In this document: positions 7,179 through 14,514 of the stretch, piece by piece
Layout: every line of letters starts with the position of its first letter
Position numbering within the stretch: the stretch's first letter is position 1
Assembly (NCBI RefSeq): GCF_001598795.1
Contig: NZ_BCZP01000003.1
Location: forward strand, 60,001-92,000
Origin: Delftia acidovorans NBRC 14950
GTDB taxonomy: Bacteria > Pseudomonadota > Gammaproteobacteria > Burkholderiales > Burkholderiaceae_C
DNA: 32,000 nucleotides
Reading direction: 5' to 3'
Position numbers and translations under genes: made by a program
Notes under the pieces: generated by a model
What the model saw: only the letters and a program-made list of their open reading frames with translations
The model's database searches: none
Told to the model about the DNA's origin: nothing

Positions 7179-8906
7179 TCAGGTCGTGGTCAGCACCCTC
7201 TGCGGCTGCGCGCGCGCCTGCCGCATCTGTGGCGGGCTCTGCACCTGGCTGCGTGCCTGGCCGCCTGCCGGGCTCTGTGCCTGGGCCTTCATGGACCGGC
7301 GCAGGGCCACGGCATCGCCCGCTGCGGCAGGCGAGCGGCCCGTGGCGTCCAGCCGGAACACCTGCACGGTTTCCGACACGGTCTGCGCCTGGGCCTGCAA
7401 GGCCATGGCCGATGCCGCGTTCTGCTCGACCAGGGCCGCGTTCTGCTGCGTGATGCTGTCCAGATGCGCCACGGCCGCGTTGACCTGCGAGATGCCGCTG
7501 AGCTGCTCGCTGGAGGCGCTGTGGATCTCGCCGATCAACAGACTCACGCGCCGCACCAGATCCAGCGATTCGATCATGGTCTTCTGCGCCACCTCGGTCC
7601 TCTGGTTACCGTCCAGCACCTTGGCGGCGGAGTCGTCGATGAGCTCGCGGATCTCCTTGGCCGCCGCCAGCGTGCGCTGCGAGAGGCTGCGCACCTCGGC
7701 CGCCACGACCGCAAAGCCCCGGCCCTGGTCGCCTGCGCGCGCGGCTTCCACCGCAGCGTTCAGCGCCAGGATATTGGTCTGGAAGGCGATGGAGTCGATG
7801 AGCTGCGTGATCTCGCCGATGCGCCCCGACGCGGCCTGGATCTGCTTCATGGTGGCGGCCACGCCATCGACGGCGCCGCTGCTGCGTTCGGCCACCTCGC
7901 TGGCCTGGGCGGCCAGGTCCGTGGCCTGGCGAGCCGAGTCGGCCGTGTGCTTGACGGTGCCCGTGATCTCCTCCATGGAGGCCGCCGTCTGCTGCAGGTT
8001 GCCCGCCTGGGTTTCGGTGCGCGCGGACAGGTCATGGTTGCCCTGCGCGATTTCCCGGCTGGAGATCTGCATCTTGTCGCTTTCCTCGCGCGCATCGCGC
8101 ACGATGGACAGCAGGTTCACGTTGAGCTGGCTCAACGCCTTCTGCAGATCGCCCACCACGTCCTTGCGCGTGATGCGTATGGTCTGCGTCAGGTCGCCGG
8201 CCGCCAGGCGGTTGGCCAGCAGCACCATCTGCGCCAGCGGCGCCACGGTCAGCCGGTAGGCCCAGGCCCCGGCCAGGCCCGTGAAGATGCAGACCGCCAG
8301 CCAGGCCAGCGCAGACCATGCGTCCAGCGTATGCCCACCGGCCAGCGCCGCGCCAAAGGCCGCCGCCACCACCATGAAGAAGATCAGCACCAGCTTGCCG
8401 GCCAGGCCCAGGCTCAATGCGTTGGCCAGGCGGCCGCGCAGGTTGTTGCGCAACAGGTGGCCGGCACGCAGCACGTGGACCCGGCGCCCGGCGTCCTTCT
8501 CGGCGCGCATGGTGGCGTAGAGGCGCTCGGCCGCATCGGTCTGCTCGCGCGTGGCCTCGGTGCGCACCGACATGTAGCCCGAGGGCCGGTCACCCTCCAT
8601 CAGCGGGGTGACATTGGCCATGACCCAGTAGAAGTCGCCGTTCTTGCGCCGGTTCTTCACGGGGGCGGACCAGGGCAGGCCCGCCGAGATGGTCTCCCAC
8701 ATGTCGCGGAAGGCTTCCTCGGGCATGTCGGGGTGGCGGATCATGTTGTGGGGCTGGCCCAGCAGGTCTTCGCGCTCGTAGCCGCTGACCTCGATGAACA
8801 TCGGGTTGCAGTAGAGGATGCGGCCCTTCAGGTCCGTGGTGGAGACCAGGGTCTGGCCCTTGGGAAACGAGTACTCGCGCGTACTGACCGGCAGATTAAC
8901 TCTCAT
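7179..8906 (-). CDS. aer: Aer-like energy/aerotaxis receptor: N-terminal PAS domain, membrane hairpin, HAMP and methyl-accepting signalling domain
   Basis: The N-terminus reads LVSTTDLKGRILYCNPMFIEVSGYEREDLLGQPHNMIRHPDMPEEAFRDMWETISAGLPWSAPVKNRRKNGDFYWVMANVTPL. This is near-collinear with the FAD-PAS domain of E. coli Aer (GQPHNMVRHPDMP, VKNRRKNGDHYW). Two TM segments follow, then the highly conserved MCP hairpin (IAFQTNILALNAAVEAARAGDQGRGFAVVAAEVRSL). Start set at ATG 8906 (GGGAGG 7 nt upstream); alternatives are 8912 and 8948. Confidence 0.88.
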   Translation of the reverse strand: MRVNLPVSTREYSFPKGQTLVSTTDLKGRILYCNPMFIEVSGYEREDLLGQPHNMIRHPDMPEEAFRDMWETISAGLPWSAPVKNRRKNGDFYWVMANVTPLMEGDRPSGYMSVRTEATREQTDAAERLYATMRAEKDAGRRVHVLRAGHLLRNNLRGRLANALSLGLAGKLVLIFFMVVAAAFGAALAGGHTLDAWSALAWLAVCIFTGLAGAWAYRLTVAPLAQMVLLANRLAAGDLTQTIRITRKDVVGDLQKALSQLNVNLLSIVRDAREESDKMQISSREIAQGNHDLSARTETQAGNLQQTAASMEEITGTVKHTADSARQATDLAAQASEVAERSSGAVDGVAATMKQIQAASGRIGEITQLIDSIAFQTNILALNAAVEAARAGDQGRGFAVVAAEVRSLSQRTLAAAKEIRELIDDSAAKVLDGNQRTEVAQKTMIESLDLVRRVSLLIGEIHSASSEQLSGISQVNAAVAHLDSITQQNAALVEQNAASAMALQAQAQTVSETVQVFRLDATGRSPAAAGDAVALRRSMKAQAQSPAGGQARSQVQSPPQMRQARAQPQRVLTTT

Positions 8907-9069
8907 AGGCATCCCTCCCTTGAAGAAGAAAAATCCTGCGTGCCCCATCCGGCCCAGCGAGCCGCTGGCCGGAGTTCAAAGTTTTTACCCCGAACCGCCC
9001 CATTTGAAACAAATAAAAACAAAACCTCCATTGGATTCAGACATCTGATAGGACCGTATCGATAGCACG

Positions 9070-9108
9070 CGCACCGCTTTGATGCATGCGGCGCACCAGC
9101 CTGGCACG
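9070..9108 (+). promoter_or_regulatory. Candidate NtrC-type enhancer sites upstream of the second nas promoter
   Basis: The first site is cGCACCgctttgaTGCA (9070-9086). The second is cGCACCAgccTGGcaCg (9092-9108). Both are partial matches to TGCACC-N5-GGTGCA and lie 55-90 bp upstream of the sigma54 promoter at 9160. They are weaker than the site at 2432. Confidence 0.35.
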
Positions 9109-9159
9109 GCCGCGCGGGCTCGCGTCCCCGCGCAATCAGTCGCCACAGGGCAGCAGGCC

Positions 9160-9175
9160 TGGCACGCAGCTTGCT
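9160..9175 (+). promoter_or_regulatory. sigma54 (-24/-12) promoter of the nitrate reductase operon
   Basis: TGGCACGcagcTTGCT is a perfect match to TGGCACG-N4-TTGCW. It lies 146 nt upstream of the reductase ATG at 9321. Confidence 0.7.
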
Positions 9176-9211
9176 AAATCCCGGGCGTGGCCATGAAGGG
9201 CCGCAGGGCCA

Positions 9212-9248
9212 GGCGCAACGACGTGCCACGGCCCGGGACAAAGGCGTC
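9212..9248 (+). promoter_or_regulatory. Leader RNA hexaloop hairpins P1 and P2 (candidate ANTAR/NasR binding elements)
   Basis: P1 pairs GGCGC(9212-9216) with GTGCC(9223-9227) around the loop AACGAC; the stem is 5 bp with one G-U pair. P2 pairs GAC(9237-9239) with GTC(9246-9248) around the loop AAAGGC. Both loops have A at position 1 and G at position 4. P2 overlaps the terminator 5' arm, exactly as in the nasF-type leader. Confidence 0.45.
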
Positions 9249-9299
9249 ACCCCGCGCGCAGCCATCGGCCGCGCAGCGTGGGGACGCCTTTTTTGTTTT
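9243..9299 (+). terminator. Leader attenuator (intrinsic terminator) upstream of the nitrate reductase genes
   Basis: GGCGTCaCCC(9243-9252) pairs with GGGGACGCC(9280-9288), with the same bulged A as in the first leader. A GC-rich interior follows, then TTTTTTGTTTT (9289-9299). It ends 22 nt before the ATG at 9321. Confidence 0.6.
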
Positions 9300-9320
9300 C
9301 CGAAACGCAACGGGGGCACG

Positions 9321-10592
9321 ATGAAAAAATCCAGGCTGGTGATGGTGGGCAACGGCATGGCCGGCGTCCGCACGCTGGAGGAGCTGCTCAAGATCGCGCC
9401 CGACCTCTACGAGATCACGGTATTCGGGGCCGAGCCCCACCCCAACTACAACCGCATCATGCTGTCGCCCGTGCTGGCGGGCGAGCAGCAGCTGGACGAG
9501 ATCATCCTCAACGACTGGTCCTGGTATGCGCAGCACGGCATCACCCTGCATGCGGGCTGCCGCGTGCACGCAGTCGACCGGGCGCGCCGCGTGGTGCACG
9601 CCATGGACGCGGCCGGACAGCCGGTGAGCGCCGAGTACGACCGGCTGATCCTGGCCACGGGCTCGCGCCCCTTCATGCTGCCCGTGCCCGGACGCGAGCT
9701 GGAAGGCGTGCTGGGCTACCGCGACATTGCCGACACCCAGGCCATGATCGCGGCGGCCGCCAGCCACCGCCATGCCGTGGTCATCGGCGGCGGCCTGCTG
9801 GGCCTGGAGGCCGCCAACGGACTCATGAAGCGCGGCATGGACGTTACCGTGGTGCATGCAGGCGAACGCCTGCTGGACCGCCAGCTCGACGAGACCGCCG
9901 CCGCCATGCTGCAGGCCTCGCTGGCCGAGCGCGGCATGCGCTTTCTGATGCAGGCCCAGACCCGGGCGCTGACGGGCGACGGCCAGGGCCGCGTGGCCTG
10001 CGTGCACCTGCAGGACGGGCGCGAGGCACCGGCCTCGCTGGTGGTCATGGCCGTGGGCATCCGGCCCGAGACCACGCTGGCCGAGCAGATGCACCTGCAC
10101 GTGCAGCGCGGCATCGTGGTCAGCGACACGCTGCAGACCGTGACCGACCCGCGCATCTACGCCGTGGGCGAGTGCGCGGCGCACCGGGGCGTGGCCTACG
10201 GGCTGGTGGCGCCGCTGTTCGAGCAAGGCAAGGTGCTGGCCAACCACCTGGCGGAGATGGGCATCGGCCGCTATCCGGGCTCGCAGACCTCGGCCAAGCT
10301 CAAGGTCACGGGCATCCATCTGTTCAGCGCGGGCGACTTCCGCGGCGACGAGGGCACGGAGGAAATCGTGCTCAGCGACCCCGGCGCGGGCGTATACCGC
10401 AAGCTTGTGCTGCGCGGTGACAGGCTGGTCGGCGCCTGCCTGTATGGCGACACAGAGGACGGTGGCTGGTACTTCCGCCTGCTGCGCGATGGCGTGGCAG
10501 TGCAGGAGCTGCGCGACCGCCTCATGTTCGGCGAAAGTCAAGCAGGCCAAGCCAGCCAGGCCAGCAAGGCCAACCAGGCCAGCGGCGCGTGA
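9321..10592 (+). CDS. NAD(P)H-dependent flavoprotein, electron-transfer subunit of assimilatory nitrate reductase (homologous to the N-terminal FAD/NAD half of NirB; Klebsiella NasC / Bacillus NasB type)
   Basis: Start at ATG 9321 (MKKSRLVMVGNGMAGVRTLEEL), which places the FAD GxGxxG fold at the N-terminus. The NAD fold is VVIGGGLLGLEAANGL and the C-terminal flavin motif is RIYAVGECA. At 423 aa it lacks the siroheme/Fe-S half of a true nitrite reductase. It sits immediately upstream of nasA and overlaps it. Confidence 0.88.
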   Translation: MKKSRLVMVGNGMAGVRTLEELLKIAPDLYEITVFGAEPHPNYNRIMLSPVLAGEQQLDEIILNDWSWYAQHGITLHAGCRVHAVDRARRVVHAMDAAGQPVSAEYDRLILATGSRPFMLPVPGRELEGVLGYRDIADTQAMIAAAASHRHAVVIGGGLLGLEAANGLMKRGMDVTVVHAGERLLDRQLDETAAAMLQASLAERGMRFLMQAQTRALTGDGQGRVACVHLQDGREAPASLVVMAVGIRPETTLAEQMHLHVQRGIVVSDTLQTVTDPRIYAVGECAAHRGVAYGLVAPLFEQGKVLANHLAEMGIGRYPGSQTSAKLKVTGIHLFSAGDFRGDEGTEEIVLSDPGAGVYRKLVLRGDRLVGACLYGDTEDGGWYFRLLRDGVAVQELRDRLMFGESQAGQASQASKANQASGA

Positions 10593-13474
10593 CGGCGCCC
10601 GTGCCCTGCCCTTCCCTCATCCACCCCAGGCCCACCATGCAAGAAACCCGATCCACCTGCCCCTATTGCGGCGTAGGCTGCGGCGTCCTCATCGAAAGCG
10701 ATGGTGCGCGCATCACGGGCGTGCGCGGCGATCCGGCGCACCCCGCCAACCACGGCCGCCTGTGCACCAAGGGCAGTACCCTGCACCTGACGGCCTCGCC
10801 CGCCCTGGCACAGCAGACGCGGCTGCTGCAGCCCGCGCTGCGTGCCACGCGCGGCGCGGCGCCCCAGGATGTGGGCTGGGATGCCGCACTGGACCTGGCC
10901 GCCGGCAGGCTGGCCTCCATCGTGCAGGAGCACGGCCCCGACGCCGTGGGCCTGTATGTGAGCGGCCAGTTGCTGACCGAGGACTACTACGTCTTCAACA
11001 AGCTGGCCAAGGGCCTGATCGGCACCAACAACATCGACACCAATTCGCGCCTTTGCATGAGCAGCGCCGTGGCCGGCTACAAGCTCACGCTGGGCGCTGA
11101 CGCGCCACCGGCCTGCTACGAGGATGTGGACCATGCGGACTGCCTTTTCATCGCGGGCAGCAACGCGGCCTGGGCGCATCCCGTGCTCACGCGGCGCATC
11201 GAGCAGGCGCGTGCCGCGCGGCCGCAGATGAAGATCATCGTGGCCGACCCGCGCCGCACCGACACGGCCGGCATGGCCGACCTCTTCCTGCCGCTGCGCC
11301 CGGGCAGCGACACCCTGCTGTTCCACGGCATGCTGCACATCATGGAACTGGAAGGCTGGCTGGACCAGGCCTACATCGCACGCCACACCAGCGGCTTTGC
11401 CGACCTGCAGGCCCTGGTGCGGGAGGCCACGCCCGAGCGCGTGGGCGATCTCTGCGGCCTGCCCCGGCACGATCTGTTCCAGGCCGCGCAATGGTTTGCG
11501 CTGGGCGGGGATGCACGCGACGGCGCCGCCCGTGGCGCAACGCTCAGCCTGTACTGCCAGGGCCTGAACCAGAGCAGCAACGGCACGGCCAAGAACGCCG
11601 CGCTGATCGGCCTGCACCTGGCCACGGGCCAGATCGGGCGCGCGGGCGCGGGGCCGTTTTCGCTCACGGGCCAGCCCAATGCCATGGGCGGGCGCGAGGT
11701 GGGCGGGCTGGCCAACCTGCTGTCGGCCCACCGCGACCTGGCCAACCCGGCCCACCGCGCCGAAGTGGCCGCACTGTGGGGCGTGGACGCCGTGCCGCCC
11801 CGCCCCGGCAAGACCGCCGTGGAGATGTTCGAGGCCGCCGCCGAGGGCGAGATCCGCGCGCTGTGGATAGCCTGCACCAACCCTGCGCAAAGCATGCCCG
11901 ACCAGGCCCTGGTGCGGCGCGCGCTGCAGCGGGCCGAATTCGTCATCGTGCAGGAGGCCTTTGCCACCACCGCCACCTGCGCCTACGCCGACCTGCTGCT
12001 GCCTGCCACCACCTGGGGCGAGAAGATCGGCACGGTGACCAACAGCGAAAGGCGCATCTCGCGCGTGCGCCCCGCCGTGGCCGCACCCGGCGCCGCACGC
12101 CATGACTGGCGCATTGCCGTGGACTGCGCGCGGCGCATGGAGGCACGGCTGCGCCCGGGCCGGCCCAGCCTCTTCCCCTACGACACCGAAGACGCCACTG
12201 CCGGCGCCCAGGCCATCTGGAACGAGCACCGCGAGAGCACGCGCGGGCGTGACCTGGACATCACCGGCCTGTCCTGGGATTTGCTGGACGCGCAAGGCCC
12301 CCAGCAATGGCCGCTGCCCGAAGGCGCAGCCCAGGGCCGCGCACGGCTCTACGAAGACGGCCGCTTTCCCACGCCCGATGGCCGCGCACGCTTTGCCCTG
12401 CTGCCCTGGCAGCCGCTGGCCGAGCCTCCCGATGCGCACTATCCCTTCAGCCTGACCACGGGCCGGCTGCGCGACCAGTGGCACGGCATGAGCCGCACGG
12501 GCCAGCTGGGCCGCTTGTTCGGCCATGCGGCCGAGCCCTGCCTGCAAATGCACCCGCGGGACATGGCCGAGCGCGGCCTGCGCGCGGGCGACCTGGTGCA
12601 GATGAGCAGCCGGCGCGGCGCCCTGCTGGTGCCGGTGCAGCCCGATGACACGCTGACGCCCTCCCAGCTCTTCATGGCCATGCACTGGGGCGGCGAGTAC
12701 CTGGGCGGCACTTCAATGGGCGGCATCAACGCCCTGACCACACCGGCCTTGTGCCCCGGCTCCAAGCAGCCCGAACTCAAGCACACGGCCGTGAAGCTGC
12801 AAAAGGCCGAACTGCCCTGGACCCTGCTGGCCATGGCCTGGCTGCCCGAGGACCGGGTGCTGGCCGTGCGCGAGCAGTTGTCCGCCCTCATGCCGCACTT
12901 CGGCTTTGCCAGCTGCGTGCCCTTTGGCAATGCCGTCCCGCTGCAGGACGCCGCCCGGGCCCGGCACGGCGTGCTGCTGCGCGCCGCCGCGCATGGGGCG
13001 CCGGGCGAGGCCGTCCTCGCACGGATCGAATCCCTGCTGGGCCTGGATGCCGCCGACACCCTGCGCTACACCGACCGCCGCCGCCAGCACAGCCGCGCGC
13101 TGCGGCTGGACCGCCACAGCCTGTCCACCACGGTCGAGGCCCTGCTGCTGGCCGGCGACACGCGCGCGGGCAGCTGGCTGTCCACCCTGCTGCAGGACCA
13201 GATGCCGGCACAGGACTATGGCCGCCTGCTGCTCATGCCCTCGGGCTCGGCGCCGCTGGCCATCCAGCCGCGTGCGCGCCAGGTCTGTACCTGCTTCGAT
13301 GTGGACGAGACCGCGATCGCAGGCGCGCTTGCGCGCTGCGAGGGCAGCGACGACGCTCGCCTGGCCGCGCTGCAGGGCCAGTTGCGATGCGGCACCAATT
13401 GCGGCTCCTGCCTGCCCGAGCTCAAGCGCCTGGTGCGCCACATACCCCTGGCGGAGAGCCAGGAGTCCGCATGA
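10589..13474 (+). CDS. nasA: Assimilatory nitrate reductase catalytic subunit (molybdopterin oxidoreductase) with C-terminal BFD-like [2Fe-2S] module
   Basis: The N-terminal 4Fe-4S motif is TCPYCGVGCGVLIE. MopB family blocks are present (NIDTNSRLCMSSAV, LFIAGSNAAWAHPV, SLTGQPNAMGGREVG, HWGG). The C-terminus CTCFDVDE...RCGTNCGSCLPELKRL is a BFD-type Cys cluster. The start is either GTG 10589 (GTGA overlap with the upstream stop) or ATG 10637 (MQETRSTCPYCG); I cannot decide between them. Confidence 0.92.
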   Translation: MTAPVPCPSLIHPRPTMQETRSTCPYCGVGCGVLIESDGARITGVRGDPAHPANHGRLCTKGSTLHLTASPALAQQTRLLQPALRATRGAAPQDVGWDAALDLAAGRLASIVQEHGPDAVGLYVSGQLLTEDYYVFNKLAKGLIGTNNIDTNSRLCMSSAVAGYKLTLGADAPPACYEDVDHADCLFIAGSNAAWAHPVLTRRIEQARAARPQMKIIVADPRRTDTAGMADLFLPLRPGSDTLLFHGMLHIMELEGWLDQAYIARHTSGFADLQALVREATPERVGDLCGLPRHDLFQAAQWFALGGDARDGAARGATLSLYCQGLNQSSNGTAKNAALIGLHLATGQIGRAGAGPFSLTGQPNAMGGREVGGLANLLSAHRDLANPAHRAEVAALWGVDAVPPRPGKTAVEMFEAAAEGEIRALWIACTNPAQSMPDQALVRRALQRAEFVIVQEAFATTATCAYADLLLPATTWGEKIGTVTNSERRISRVRPAVAAPGAARHDWRIAVDCARRMEARLRPGRPSLFPYDTEDATAGAQAIWNEHRESTRGRDLDITGLSWDLLDAQGPQQWPLPEGAAQGRARLYEDGRFPTPDGRARFALLPWQPLAEPPDAHYPFSLTTGRLRDQWHGMSRTGQLGRLFGHAAEPCLQMHPRDMAERGLRAGDLVQMSSRRGALLVPVQPDDTLTPSQLFMAMHWGGEYLGGTSMGGINALTTPALCPGSKQPELKHTAVKLQKAELPWTLLAMAWLPEDRVLAVREQLSALMPHFGFASCVPFGNAVPLQDAARARHGVLLRAAAHGAPGEAVLARIESLLGLDAADTLRYTDRRRQHSRALRLDRHSLSTTVEALLLAGDTRAGSWLSTLLQDQMPAQDYGRLLLMPSGSAPLAIQPRARQVCTCFDVDETAIAGALARCEGSDDARLAALQGQLRCGTNCGSCLPELKRLVRHIPLAESQESA

Positions 13475-13572
13475 AAGAGGCGATGGAACAACGGGTTTGC
13501 ATATATAGCGAAAAGTAATGAAACCTGCGGGAAAATATGCCCCCACAGGATTCCACCCACGATTGCAACGCC

Positions 13573-14487
13573 ATGGGCATCAGCCAATACATCAAGGAAA
13601 TAGGCCGCGGCGCACGCGGAGCCAAGGCGCTGGAGCGCACGCAGGCGGCCGACCTGTTCGGCCAGGTGCTGGACGGCGGCGTCAGCGACCTGGAGATCGG
13701 GGCCTTTTGCATCGCCATGCGCATCAAGGGCGAGACCGTCGAGGAGATGAGCGGCTTCCTGGACGCCGTGCATGCGCGCGTCGCCCGTTTTCCCGCCTCG
13801 GCCAATGGCCGCCCCGTGATCGTGCTGCCCAGCTACAACGGCGCGCGCCGCCTGCCCGTGCTCACGCCCCTGCTGGCCCTGCTGCTGGCGCGCGAAGGCC
13901 TGCCCGTGCTGCTGCACGGCATGCGCACCGAGGCGCGCCGCATCCTGGCCAGCGATGTGCTGCAGGCCCTGGGCATTGCGCCGCTGCCATCTCCCCAGGC
14001 CCTGGCCGGCGGCCAGGTGGCCCATATCCATACCGAACATCTGCACCCGGCCCTGGCGCGCCTGCTGTCCGTGCGCGAGGTCATCGGCCTGCGCAACCCG
14101 GGCCACAGCGTGGTCAAGCTGCTGGCACCCTGCGACGGCCCCTCCCTGCTGGTGACGGCCTACACCCATCCCGAGTACCTGCCCATGCTGCACGGCACCT
14201 TCGGGACATTGGGCATGAATGTCCTGCTCTCGCGCGGGCTGGAAGGCGAGGTCGCGGCCGACCCGCGCCGGCTGCCGCGCTACGACGGCTTTGTGGCAGG
14301 CGCCCACCAGCTGCTGGCCGAGCAGCAAAGCGGCACCGCCTCCGACGTGCCGGGCCTGCCCGCCGAGATCGACGTGGACACCACGGCGCGCTACACCGAA
14401 GACGTGCTCGCGGGCCGGCTGCCCGTGCCGCCCGCGCTCACACGCCAGGTGGAACACATCGTCCACCTTGCCGATCAGATTCGCTGA
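13573..14487 (+). CDS. YbiB/TrpD2-family protein (anthranilate phosphoribosyltransferase-like fold, function unknown)
   Basis: MGISQYIKEIGRGARGAKAL...DLEIGAFCIAMRIKGETVEEMSGF...VIVLPSYNGARRLPVLTPLLALLLAREGLPVLLHG is collinear with E. coli YbiB (MDYRKIIKEIGRGKNHARDL...LRIKGE...IPSYNGARK..NLTPLLA). Start set at ATG 13573 to match the YbiB N-terminus. The listed start at 13537 adds 12 residues. Confidence 0.8.
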   Translation: MGISQYIKEIGRGARGAKALERTQAADLFGQVLDGGVSDLEIGAFCIAMRIKGETVEEMSGFLDAVHARVARFPASANGRPVIVLPSYNGARRLPVLTPLLALLLAREGLPVLLHGMRTEARRILASDVLQALGIAPLPSPQALAGGQVAHIHTEHLHPALARLLSVREVIGLRNPGHSVVKLLAPCDGPSLLVTAYTHPEYLPMLHGTFGTLGMNVLLSRGLEGEVAADPRRLPRYDGFVAGAHQLLAEQQSGTASDVPGLPAEIDVDTTARYTEDVLAGRLPVPPALTRQVEHIVHLADQIR

Positions 14488-14514
14488 ATACCCCAGAAAA
14501 AACGGAGCCCCGCC

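Noticed and set aside
8950-8990. Possible sigma28 (FliA) promoter for the aer-like gene (minus strand TAAAAACTTT...GCCAGCGG)
   Set aside because: Only the TAAA and GCC parts match TAAAGTTT-N11-GCCGATAA, and the -10 half is poor. It is not strong enough to report as a feature.
9102-9117. A second TGGCAC motif upstream of the reductase operon
   Set aside because: The position where the -12 TTGC box should be reads CGCG, so it is unlikely to be a sigma54 promoter. I treat the TGGCAC as part of the weak NtrC-like repeat instead.
9180-9237. 11-bp long-range helix CCCGGGCGTGG / CCACgGCCCGGG enclosing the leader hairpins
   Set aside because: Its 5' arm starts upstream of the transcription start predicted from the sigma54 promoter, and it competes with hairpin P1. 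It may be coincidental GC-rich complementarity.
13471-13518. 15-codon mini-ORF (MKEAMEQRVCIYSEK) whose ATG overlaps the nasA stop (ATGA)
   Set aside because: The coupling geometry is tempting. However, third-position GC is only about 50 percent, against about 90 percent in the neighbouring genes. There is no RBS, and the region looks like an AT-rich non-coding spacer. I did not call it as a gene.
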